The position numbers were made by a program, and so were the translations under genes. From Chiloscyllium plagiosum (lineage: Eukaryota), in NCBI RefSeq assembly GCF_004010195.1, contig NC_057718.1:104809349-104829348 (forward strand): a stretch of 20,000 nucleotides of DNA, given 5' to 3'. Shown piece after piece: positions 1-9,144 of this stretch. Position 1 is the first letter of the stretch. Each line of letters opens with the position of its first letter. The notes beneath the pieces are model-generated. The model ran no database searches, was not told where the DNA came from, and saw only the letters and a list, made by a program, of their open reading frames with translations.

Positions 1-600
1 CGTTGGCCTTTATTTCAAATGGAATGGAATATAAAAATGGAGAAGTCTTGCTAAAATGATACACAGCAGTAGTTAGAACAGTTTTTGTCCCTTTATCTGA
101 GAAAGATTTGCCATTGGACATAGTCCAGAGAAGGTTCACTTGGTTGAACCTGGGTACCGAGGGACTGTCTTATGAGGAGAGATTGAGTAGATTGAGCCTG
201 CACTTGGTGTTAGGAGAATGAGAGGAGACCTGATTGAAACGTACAAGAGTTTTCAGGGATTTAATACGATAGATGCAGTGAGGTTGTTTTCCCTTGTGGG
301 AGAGTCTAGGACCAGAGGGCTCCATCTCAGTTTAGAGTTGTCCATTTCGAAGCTGAGGAGGATTCTCTTCTGAGAGTAGTGAATCTGTGGAATTCTTTAC
401 TACACAGGCTGTCCAGGCTGGGTCACCAAATAGATTCCAGGCTGAGCTAGACACATGTTTAATCAGGAAGGGAATCAAGGATTATGGGGAGAAGGCAGGC
501 AAATGGAGTTGAGGATGATCAGATCAGCCCTGATCTCATTGATTACCGGAGTGGACTCGATGGGCTGAATGGCCTGCCTGTGCTCCTATAGTAAGGTCTT
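1..600 (+). mobile_element. Degenerate CR1 LINE, 3' end of ORF2 plus 3' UTR
   Basis: Broken translation LAFISNGMEYKNGEVLLK*...VQRRFT...GLSYEERLSRL...RRMRGDLIETYK matches the CR1 RT C-terminus. It is followed by a CR1-type 3' UTR (gatcagatcagcc...gactcgatgggctgaatggcct). Stops and frameshifts are present. Confidence 0.9.
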
Positions 601-1289
601 CTAAATTGAGACAGAGTGAAGGTGAACAATGTTGCTCGGGTGAACAGTTGAAGAAATGTTACACCTTTTACACATTAGCAAATACAATCTGACACAGTTC
701 ATCTCAAAAACCAGTTTGTCTGAGTTCAGACCCTCACAACAAGGTTAAATGAATTGATGATCCAGTGACTATAGTGTAAACTGTCCAGTGTAGATTAGCA
801 TTTAACTGCAATGTTTGAGTATGGTTATGTGCTAAAGGAAACTGCAAATGGAAATTGAGCTTTGTTGAAAAAAAACTTTGAACAAAAGACTTGAACGGAG
901 TTGCTGAATATAAGTTTTCAGTTTCTGGTTTTTATTATCCTCTGTGTAAACTGACCAAGGTAAAGTTTGTCATATTGCAGATCAATGACCTTTCAATGCA
1001 GTAACCTCTGTGACTCTCAGATAAAGCCACTTGCTGCTTTCTTTTTGGAAAGGCTTCCAATCGTTTTCAGTCATTTCCTTGAAGCTGCTTCTAACATAGA
1101 GCAGGGCAGCTGCAGCTATACTGAGGGGGCAGCTGAGTTTATAGTTCAGGCTATCACCAACTGGGGTGTTACCCCCAGTGGGAAGGAGATGGGCAGAAAG
1201 TTGGGGGGGGGGGGGGGTCAGTCTTTGACTGTCCTGGTTGATGGTTTTGATGGGCTACCAGCAGTAGATTAGGGTAGTTCCAGCATATC

Positions 1290-1415
1290 ATAAGGTGATT
1301 GGAGGAAAGTTTAGGGGAGATGTCAGAGGCTGGTTCTTTACACAGAGTGGTGGGTGTACGGAATGCACTGCCAGCTGTGGTAGTAGAGTCAGAGACATTG
1401 GGGACATTTAAGGGA
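1290..1415 (+). mobile_element. CR1 LINE ORF2 fragment
   Basis: KVIGGKFRGDVRGWFFTQ...NALPAVVVESETLGTFK, typical of the CR1 ORF2 C-terminal region. Confidence 0.75.
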
Positions 1416-1428
1416 CAATTAGGGACAA

Positions 1429-1620
1429 TTCACTCAAGTCCTTTAGTGATGGAAATCTGTCATCCCTACCCGGTCTGACCTATGTGTGACTCCAGACCCA
1501 CAGCAACATGGTTGACTCTCAGCTATTCTTGAAATGGCCAAGCAAGCCTCTCAGTTCAGAGGGCAGTTAGCAATGACCTCGCTAGAGATGCCAAAAATCT
1601 CATGAAAGAACAAAATAAAA
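1429..1620 (+). mobile_element. 3' half of a tRNA-derived shark SINE whose tail resembles that of the LINE at 9145-9775
   Basis: Core ggaaatctg..catccctacccggtctgacctatgtgtgactccagacccacagca recurs at ~10550, ~11410 and ~18170. It ends in an A-rich tail. Confidence 0.75.
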
Positions 1621-1919
1621 TTCTCCCTGAATTCGCAATGGGTTGTTTGGGGACTGCCTTGTGTTGATGGCTGTTTGTGTCCAAATGGAAACACTTTCCT
1701 TACAACTTCCCTCCCAGTCTCGATGGGGTCTGGAGGATGAGTAATTCCTCCTGGGATCAACACAGAGGAGTGGTTTGCTCACATCAGGACCAGGCTGGAT
1801 TGGGTTTTATTTATACACTCGAGAGGCACGGGGTTGGGGGGGGGGCAGTGTGCTGCATCTCCCAGGGGGCGTCCATGACCCAGGAGCCAGTGTGGCTGGG
1901 CTTTTTAATGTCATGAACG

Positions 1920-2085
1920 CAGGCTGCAGACTGACTCCTCCTCCCCAGAGCAGCGTGGCTCAGCGCCCAGTCATTCCGCTGTGAGAGGGGTGTGGGAGGG
2001 GTGTGGGGTGTGTGTGAGTGTGAATAAGCATAAAAATATGCAGGGCGGGGTGGCTCTGAGCTCACTCTCTCATCCTGAGTCAGTC
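1920..2085 (+). promoter_or_regulatory. Candidate SERTAD2 core promoter
   Basis: TE-free GC-richer island with TATA-like CATAAAA (2029-2035), GC box GGGCGGGG (2043-2050), Inr-like TCACTCT (2062-2068) and AP-1 site TGAGTCA (2076-2082). No transcript evidence; inferred. Confidence 0.45.
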
Positions 2086-2229
2086 AGTCACTGAAGGACT
2101 AGGTCAGAGAGGGAGGGAGTCAGACTGAGGGAGGGACTGGGTCAGGGAGGGAGGGAGGGAGGGAGTGGGTGACTGTGTCCAGGAAGGGAGGGAGGTTGCA
2201 GCGTGCTCTGGGGGACACTGTACAGTAAG
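2064..2229 (+). other. SERTAD2: Candidate non-coding first exon (5' UTR) of SERTAD2
   Basis: ATG-free segment downstream of the TATA/Inr, ending at donor-like AAG|GTCAGT (intron from 2230; alternative ACA|GTAAGG at 2225). An upstream exon is required because the coding exon starts at a splice acceptor. Confidence 0.4.
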
Positions 2230-2574
2230 GTCAGTGTGATCACTGGGTTGGTGCGACTGGAAGCAGCAGTGGGGTTAGATCCAGGAGCTGCCGAATTTCC
2301 ACCCAGCCCAGTGTGCTCACTCCGTTCCCTTCCCTCCCATCGCTGCAGCTCCAGCCGGGTGGATGGTGCCGGGGAATTCTGGCGGAAATGCGGGTGGCTG
2401 TGTTGACACATTTTAAAAGAACAATTGGAGCTCTCAGTTTAGAACAGCTCCAGGAAGCTGTCTGCAAAACTTTACAACCAAACCTGGTCAGTCGGTCAGG
2501 TAGCTGGTTAATCGATTTGATTGCTTTGTATACAGGAACCCAATTTTCACTACCATTATAAGCTGCAGTTTTGG

Positions 2575-2697
2575 AAGGTCTTGTGAAGTGGTAGTGTCCT
2601 TACCTGTGGGCCTGGAGACCCAGCTACTCCAGAGCTTCACTGACTGGGTCACCTCCCCACTGTGTAAGGGTGAACAGGTTGATTAGAATTTATCTAC
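2575..2697 (+). mobile_element. Short tRNA-derived SINE, family copy 1
   Basis: A-box-like agtggtagtgtcc and 3' gaacaggttgatta, shared with the copies at 8674-8798 and 11683-11797. Confidence 0.6.
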
Positions 2698-2877
2698 AAG
2701 CAGTAAGTTTTCTTTTTTAAAAAACCTCCAGGACACTGATACATAATGTTTATGTTGCTGCCAGAAGTGTTCAGAAAGTTTCTGCTTTCAGTATTTTCTG
2801 TACAGTTACCACCTGACTGTTCCACCGATTTCTTCAGATGAAGTTAAAAATAGTTTGCAATGACAGAAATTGTGATA

Positions 2878-2980
2878 GGAACAAATTACTGCAGATGCTG
2901 GAATCTGTACTGACAACAACCAACGCTGGGGATCACAGCGGGTCAGTCAGTATCCATGGGGGGAGAGCAAGGTAACGTGA
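2878..2980 (-). mobile_element. Penelope-like element terminal (pLTR) fragment
   Basis: ctgcagatgctggaatc...gctggggatcacagcgggtcagtcagtatcc resembles the left arm at 10757-10850 and the reverse complement of 7935-7990. It is truncated before the ribozyme core. Confidence 0.6.
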
Positions 2981-3174
2981 TTCAAAGCTGGGCTATCTTG
3001 GATTGGTGAAACCTCTGATTTTCCTGTATATTTGAAACAAACATTGATTGAACAATGATGTCAGTTTTATTAGGCACTGATGATAAAATTGCTGTATTCA
3101 CGATTATTAGATTATTATAATATAGATGATTTGAATATCATCTGGTGTTGTCACATTCCTACTAATGCCTATTG

Positions 3175-3365
3175 CAGGAAATGTAGCACCTTCTATTGTG
3201 CACAGCAAGCTCCCACACTAACCATGTGATAGTGGCCCAGCCAATTTGTGTGTTTCTGATTTGAGGAATAAATATTAATGAGGACACTGGGGAAAATTCT
3301 GCTGCTCTTCTTTAAAATAGTATCCAGGTAGCTTTAACCTCACTTAAACATTTCATCTAAAGAAA
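3175..3365 (-). mobile_element. Deu-domain SINE (SacSINE1/AmnSINE1-like) body
   Basis: Reverse complement reads ...ctattttaaagaagagcagcagaattttccccagtgtcctc..aatatttattcctcaa...gtgggagcttgctgtgcaca..., matching the Deu domain as recalled. Confidence 0.7.
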
Positions 3366-3569
3366 TCAGTGAAATGGCTGGGAGTGATTGTATGAAATTT
3401 TAGAAGAATTTTAAATGTTCTGAATGCAGTTAATTTAAACTTCAGGGTGCGCCATAACTGTCAGAAGGTATCAGTTTCCTGGGCCTTTTTAAACAATTGA
3501 TATTTTCTAATATTCCCCTCCCACTGTGCCTTTATAATCTAACTGGAACAACAGCACCTCAGATGATGC

Positions 3570-3695
3570 AGCACTGCCAGTGGACTGCACTCGAGTGTCT
3601 GCCTTGATTCTCTCACTCCAATCAGGAGTGGGATTTGAGGCATTGACCTGGACCAGGAGGTTAGACTGATTCCCTTTGAGCCAGACTGGTACACT
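3570..3695 (-). mobile_element. tRNA-like head of a Deu-domain SINE, possibly the same element as 3175-3365
   Basis: gtggactgcactcgagtgtctgccttgatt...ggagtgggatttga (degenerate B box on the - strand)...tgagcca. Confidence 0.5.
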
Positions 3696-4373
3696 TTAAT
3701 GGAGATTGCGTTTATAATGACTGATAAGCTGGCCCTTTTCTGTTTGCAGAATGTCACACTTCTCCGATATAATAAACTTTTGTGTGTATTTTCTTTAGTG
3801 GTTATTTGGTTCATGATGTTTTCTATTCAACCCTTATCCCTTGTGGACATCACTATAAATTAATTTGCGCCCTGTATAGAACACAGAAGATGAAGGGATT
3901 TGGTCCATTTTATTTCCTGTTTTTCTGTCTGTGAGAATAATGCAATGCCATTGGCTGTCTAACCTGCATGATGCAATGACTGTTGAGGCACTCCTGGAGA
4001 TCCCCTTGACTTTCCCTCTGATTCAAACTCAACAGTAAAGGGGGAATTCACAGCACAGCGATCACTAGCTGCTTTGTGTTGTAAGCTGCTTTATCAATAA
4101 CTCATTCTGCAATCCATTATGTTGGCCTCAGATTGACATGGGGAAGCACTCTGTTATTGTCCAGGACAGCTACTTCCTCTGAGGTGAGGTGTCAACTTTG
4201 AACACCAGAACACTTTTCTCAAAATGCCTGTAAAATGTTGCCGGTTGGATCATTTTTCAGCTGAATGTAATTTGCATAATCACAAGTGAATTCTGTCATG
4301 AACTGAAATGGGCCATTCAGCCCATCGAGTCTGCCATCTAATGTAATCACAGCTGATTTGATAATCCTCAATT

Positions 4374-5198
4374 TTAAACAAACCACATTGCTGGAGAAAC
4401 TCAGCTGATCTGACAGTGTTTGTGGAGAGAGAGAGTTAATATATCAAGTCTGATTTGACTCTTCAGAACTGAAGGGGACTGGAAAAGTGTTTTTTTATTT
4501 TATGCTGTTAATCGAGTGGAGGGTGGAGTGAATGGAACAGATAGTGAGTGCATCCAGAACAAAAGACAAGGGAATGATAATGATGGTAAAGGAGCGATGA
4601 GGATGTAGAACAGGTGTAAATGTTAGCTGGATTGTGGAAATCAATAATAGGCCGGCCAGTATGTGTGGCAGTTACAATAAAAATGGAGGACTGTAGTCCT
4701 GCTTGAAGTTGTTGACCCCATTGTTGAGGGGTAGAAGCTGTGAAGTGCTTGGGCAGAAACTGAGCTGGTTGTTCCTTCAGCACGTGCTGAGCTTCACTGG
4801 AGCAATTCCAGGATGGAAATGTGAGCAAGGGAGGTTGGGGTGGGTGGGTTTGAAATAGCAAGCAACTGAGGGAGGTCTGGGTCATTCCTATAGACAGAGC
4901 AGAGGGGTTTCACAGTGTGTGTTAGGTCTCACTAATATAAAGGAAACCTCATTGCTCACAATGTTCCCTGTAGCCTGCTGGGCAGCTGCTCCAAGGTTCT
5001 GCTCGTGCTGAGCATGCACAGAACATTGTAAACCCGATTGGAAGAAGTGCAGGTAAAATGCTGCTTCACCTGGAGAGTTCCTTTGGGATATGGGAGAGGG
5101 AGGAGGTGAATGGGCAAGTGTTACACCTTCTGTCACTACATGGGAAGGTGCTGTGGCTGTGTGAGGAAGTGTTAGGCATGATAGAAGAGTAGACCTCT
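4374..5198 (-). mobile_element. Degenerate Penelope-like element, 3' part with GIY-YIG endonuclease and pLTR
   Basis: The minus strand gives QVKQHFTCTSSNRVYNVLC...CEQ*GFLYISET (GIY-YIG motif region) and CSSEAQHVLKEQ. A decayed hammerhead CTGAAGA lies at ~4459-4465. Flanks ATCCTCAATT / ATCCTTAATT look like a TSD. Confidence 0.75.
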
Positions 5199-5450
5199 AT
5201 CCTTAATTCCACTTTCCTGCTGTTGTCCCATAATCCTCAACTCTCTTCCTGAATAAAAAATTTATCTCTTTCAACCTTCAATGTACTTAACGACCCAGCC
5301 TCGACAACTCTCTGCAGTAAAGAATTCCACAGAGTCACTTCACTCTAAGAAATTCCTCCTCTTTCCTCTGAAATTAGTGGCCCCTTACTCTGAGATGATA
5401 CCCTCTGGTCCTGACTCTCACACAAGGAGAAACAACCTCTCTGTATCTAT

Positions 5451-5590
5451 GACTCCACAACCACCTGATGAAGGAGCGGCGCTCTGAAAGCGAGTGCTTC
5501 CAAATAAACCTGTTGGACTATGACCTTGTGCTGTGCGATTTTTAACTTTGTCCACCCCAGTCCAACACCAGCTCCTCCACATCATTTCAA
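5451..5590 (+). mobile_element. Solo PLE terminal repeat carrying a hammerhead motif
   Basis: Inserted in CR1. Its ttccaaataaacctgttggacta...gatttttaacttt body recurs at 8289-8340. Confidence 0.7.
5462..5496 (+). ncRNA. Minimal type I hammerhead ribozyme motif, probably inactive
   Basis: CAC - CTGATGA(5465-5471) - A - GGAGC ggc GCTCT - GAAA - GCGA - GTG. Stem I is CAC/GTG and stem II has 5 bp. The U expected before the cleavage nucleotide is a G. Confidence 0.75.
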
Positions 5591-6251
5591 CGTCTATCCT
5601 ATCAGTCAAGCACCTTGAGTAACATCTATTTCAATAATGTCTCCTTTCATTTCTCTAATGCCAATTGTTTCTACTTTGATCCTTTTTTCCATGAACAACT
5701 ATTTGATGTTACCTGAATATAGCTGAAAAAGAGTTTAATCAGCAAAAAAAATCCTCCCAGTAGGATCGGTGTGCTTAGTCTCTCCAGCTCTGAGCCAGCA
5801 TAAAATGCAGTATTCTGAGCTGTTGACTATTCCATTCATGTTCAGCAGTCCTTTCCGCTAAAATTAGATCACACACTCGCTCATGGACAAATAGTTAGAA
5901 AGGTGCTGCTTTGTCCCTCTGTATCTAACATTACAGGCACAGGGTGTGAAAGGGCAGGTCTGAAACAGGGCAAGCAGCAATGTTAGCCTGGGGTACTGGT
6001 CAAATGTACAACAAGGAACCTACCAAATAAAACAGGCACATCGACAGACAGTTCGCATCATTGTCACATCCTAGTAATATGACTGATCCAGTGTAACCAC
6101 CTCTCTCTAAGAAACATGTGCAATGTGGGAGTGCTCCATTTTAATCTGGGATCGATGAGGTCTAAAGATCTCGCTCGTTCTGTTTCCAATTCAGTTTCAT
6201 TTTTTTCCGTTATTGAATCCCAGAAATCTTTTTACCGGTCATTATTATTCT

Positions 6252-6583
6252 TTAGATTAGATTCCCTACAGTGTGGAAACAGGCCCTTCGGCCCAACAAG
6301 TCCACACCGACCCTCCGAAGCGCAACCCACCCAGACCCATTCCCCTACATTTACCCCTTCACACTCTGGGACAATTTAGCATGGCCAATTCACCTGACCT
6401 GCACATTTTTGGACTGTGGGAGGAAACCGGAGCACCCGGAGGAAACCCATACAGCTATGGGGAGAATGTGCAAACACCACACAGTCGCCCAAGGCTGGAA
6501 TTGAACCCGGGGTCCCTGGTGCTGTGAGATAGCAGTGCTAACCACTGAGCCACCGTGCTGCCCACTGAGCCACTGTGCTGCCC
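6252..6583 (-). mobile_element. HE1-like V-SINE, near full length
   Basis: The minus strand has GGGCAGCACGGTGGCTCAGTGGTTAGCACTGCT (A box), GGGTTCAATTCC (B box, 6497-6508), the V-domain GGGTTTCCTCCGGGTGCTCCGGTTTCCTCCCACAGTCCAAA, and a CR1-type tail ending in (TCTAA)n. Confidence 0.88.
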
Positions 6584-6796
6584 ACTCTTGGTCTTGGTGT
6601 TCTTTCTTGGTCTTGCCGCCGAACTGGTCCTCACCCTTAACAATTTCTCCTTCGAATCCTCCCACTTCCTCCAGACCAAAGGGGTAGCCATGGGCACACG
6701 TATGGGCCCCAGCTATGCCTGTCTCTTTGTTGGCTACGTAGAGCAGTTGATCTTCCGTAATTACACTGGCACCACTCCCCACCCCTTCCTCCACTA

Positions 6797-6878
6797 CATT
6801 GATGACTGCATTGGCGCCACCTCGTGCTCCCGCGAGGCATTGATGACTGCATTGGCGCCACCTCGTGCTCCCGCGAGG
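6797..6878 (+). repeat. Perfect 41-bp tandem duplication in the PLE RT
   Basis: cattgatgactgcattggcgccacctcgtgctcccgcgagg at 6797-6837 and 6838-6878. Confidence 0.95.
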
Positions 6879-7128
6879 AGGTTGAGCAATTCATCAACTT
6901 CGAGAGAAAGTGAGGGCACATTCCACCCTGGCCTTAAATTTACCTGGACCATCTCTGACACCCCCCTCCCCTTCCTGGACCTCTCCATCTCCATTAATGA
7001 CGTCTGACTTGACACCGACATTTTTTACAAACCCACCTACTCCCACAGCTACCTGGACTACACCTCTTCCCACCCTATCTCTTGCAAAAATGCCATCCCA
7101 TATTCCCAATTCCTCCGCCTCTGCCGTA

Positions 7129-7855
7129 NNNNNNNNNNNNNNNNNNNNNNNNNNNNNNNNNNNNNNNNNNNNNNNNNNNNNNNNNNNNNNNNNNNNNNNN
7201 NNNNNNNNNNNNNNNNNNNNNNNNNNNNNNNNNNNNNNNNNNNNNNNNNNNNNNNNNNNNNNNNNNNNNNNNNNNNNNNNNNNNNNNNNNNNNNNNNNNN
7301 NNNNNNNNNNNNNNNNNNNNNNNNNNNNNNNNNNNNNNNNNNNNNNNNNNNNNNNNNNNNNNNNNNNNNNNNNNNNNNNNNNNNNNNNNNNNNNNNNNNN
7401 NNNNNNNNNNNNNNNNNNNNNNNNNNNNNNNNNNNNNNNNNNNNNNNNNNNNNNNNNNNNNNNNNNNNNNNNNNNNNNNNNNNNNNNNNNNNNNNNNNNN
7501 NNNNNNNNNNNNNNNNNNNNNNNNNNNNNNNNNNNNNNNNNNNNNNNNNNNNNNNNNNNNNNNNNNNNNNNNNNNNNNNNNNNNNNNNNNNNNNNNNNNN
7601 NNNNNNNNNNNNNNNNNNNNNNNNNNNNNNNNNNNNNNNNNNNNNNNNNNNNNNNNNNNNNNNNNNNNNNNNNNNNNNNNNNNNNNNNNNNNNNNNNNNN
7701 NNNNNNNNNNNNNNNNNNNNNNNNNNNNNNNNNNNNNNNNNNNNNNNNNNNNNNNNNNNNNNNNNNNNNNNNNNNNNNNNNNNNNNNNNNNNNNNNNNNN
7801 NNNNNNNNNNNNNNNNNNNNNNNNNNNNNNNNNNNNNNNNNNNNNNNNNNNNNNN
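7129..7855. other. Assembly gap (727 N)
   Basis: Run of N. Confidence 1.
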
Positions 7856-7899
7856 CCCTCCTCTAGCTTATCTCTCCACCCTTCAGGCTCTCTGCCTTT

Positions 7900-7935
7900 A
7901 TTCCTGATGAAGGGCTTTTGCCCGAAACATTGATT
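7900..7935 (+). ncRNA. Minimal type I hammerhead ribozyme motif in a PLE pLTR, CpG-decayed
   Basis: ATTC - CTGATGA(7904-7910) - A - GGGC TTTT GCCC - GAAA(7924-7927) - CATT - GATT. Stem II is perfect, but GAAACGTCG appears decayed to GAAACATTG. Confidence 0.8.
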
Positions 7936-8271
7936 TTACTGCTCTTCCGATGCTGCCTGAACTGCTGTGCTCTTCCAGCACCACTGATCCAGAATCCAGT
8001 TTCTCAATGCTAACTGATCGAAACCGAGCTTTGCTATCTCCCTGACCTCTCTGAAATCTTACCCTCCCACCCCATACCCCCCACCCCTTCCATTGGCTGA
8101 AGTTGAATAGTTCTTCTCAAAGATGGCCTTTCACTGTAAATGGTCACATATTGTCTGAAAGTGTCCCTTCACCCAGGAACGTATATGTATGATGTATATT
8201 TAACAAAAGACCAGCAAGGGAAGGCCCCCTGGAGTGGAGGGCACAACAATTCATCAGCTATTGAAAAGATC

Positions 8272-8340
8272 CATGATGTGGAGGTGCTTTCCAAATAAAG
8301 CTGATGGACTAAAACCTGGTGTTGTCTGATTTTTAACTTT
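8272..8340 (+). mobile_element. PLE terminal fragment with inverted junction, same family as 5451-5590
   Basis: atgatgtggagg (8273-8284) is the reverse complement of cctccacatcat (5574-5585). It is joined to a direct-orientation ttccaaataaa...gatttttaacttt. Confidence 0.65.
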
Positions 8341-8673
8341 ATTGAAAATAGAACACAGAAGGATAACAGTTTTTTCTGAAACAAGAAATCGCAAGTAAAC
8401 TAAACAGTGATTCTGAAAATGTTATTTTGAAAGGCACACGGTGTGGGTTAATGGAACTGAGTGGGTGAGTTGGAATCTCCCCATGTTCACTGTCTCTGTA
8501 ACCTAATTGTTACTGATGAACAGGGTTAATCCTGTCTCTCTCAAAGCACTGACCAGAGTCGTCTGTTTCAGTAAGACCTGTGGTCAGTTACGAGAACCTG
8601 TACATTCTGATCTCGAAGGAGAGAGATTGCTCACATAATCACCAGTTGTGAAAGTGAAGGCTGTTGACTTTCA

Positions 8674-8798
8674 TGTGACTGTGGCACAGTGGGTAGTGTC
8701 CCTGCCTCTCAATCAGAAGCTCCAGGTTCAAGATACACTCCAGGATTTAATGACCCATGAAGGTACTTTCATAACCAGGCCAAACAGGTTGATTATAT
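8674..8798 (+). mobile_element. Short tRNA-derived SINE, family copy 2
   Basis: tggcacagtgggtagtgtccc (A box), ggttcaag (B box) and aacaggttgatta. Confidence 0.6.
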
Positions 8799-9144
8799 TG
8801 GATGGAAAGTCCTTCTCTTTAAACTACAGTAGGCCCATAGTGTCTTGGGAAGAATCTGTTTCTTGGCAATGAAGACCGTGGGGTAGCCCCAGTGGAACAG
8901 CCAGCCCATGTTTAAAAACCTCTATGTGCACATTCCTGTCAAAGGCTGTACTCCCATCCTCATTGATTTAAGTGATCTCTAATAGAACTGCTGTTCTTAA
9001 ATTACACACAGGACACTATCTGCTTCCCCTCTCCCTGATTCCACATCTGCAACAAACACATCATCCCTTTAACAATCAGCACAAAGTCTTTTTAACCCCT
9101 TCTTCAGTGGGAAACAATTGGTATTTGAATAATTTCTGTAATCT

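Larger units (their letters stand above)
4300..5660 (-). mobile_element. CR1 LINE 3' end interrupted by two PLE insertions (CR1 parts 4300-4373, 5199-5450, 5591-5660)
   Basis: Reverse-complement similarity to the CR1 copy at 1-600 (ggccattcagcccatcgagtc; gaattccacaga; ccctctggtcct). The CR1 pieces are collinear across both insertions. Confidence 0.8.
6617..8002 (+). mobile_element. 5'-truncated Penelope-like retroelement: RT pseudogene, assembly gap, pLTR
   Basis: AELVLTLNNFSF...QTKGVAMGTRMGPSYACLFVG...YIDD...KFTWTISD..LPFLDL, then past TGA(7005-7007) LDTDIFYKPTYSHSYLDYTSSHPISCKNAIPYSQFLRL, a PLE RT signature. The pLTR with a hammerhead follows the gap. Confidence 0.88.

Noticed and set aside
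6480..6583. tRNA gene (also at 8674 and 11683)
   Set aside because: The A/B boxes belong to SINE heads followed by SINE bodies, and no complete cloverleaf is seen.
6555..7128. Functional or domesticated reverse transcriptase
   Set aside because: 5'-truncated, disrupted by a duplication after YIDD, and has an in-frame TGA at 7005.
6910..7933. 318-aa and 283-aa ORFs
   Set aside because: Artefacts of translating through the N gap.
8472..8481. NF-kB consensus site (GGGAGATTCC on the - strand)
   Set aside because: A single degenerate 10-mer, expected by chance without conservation data.
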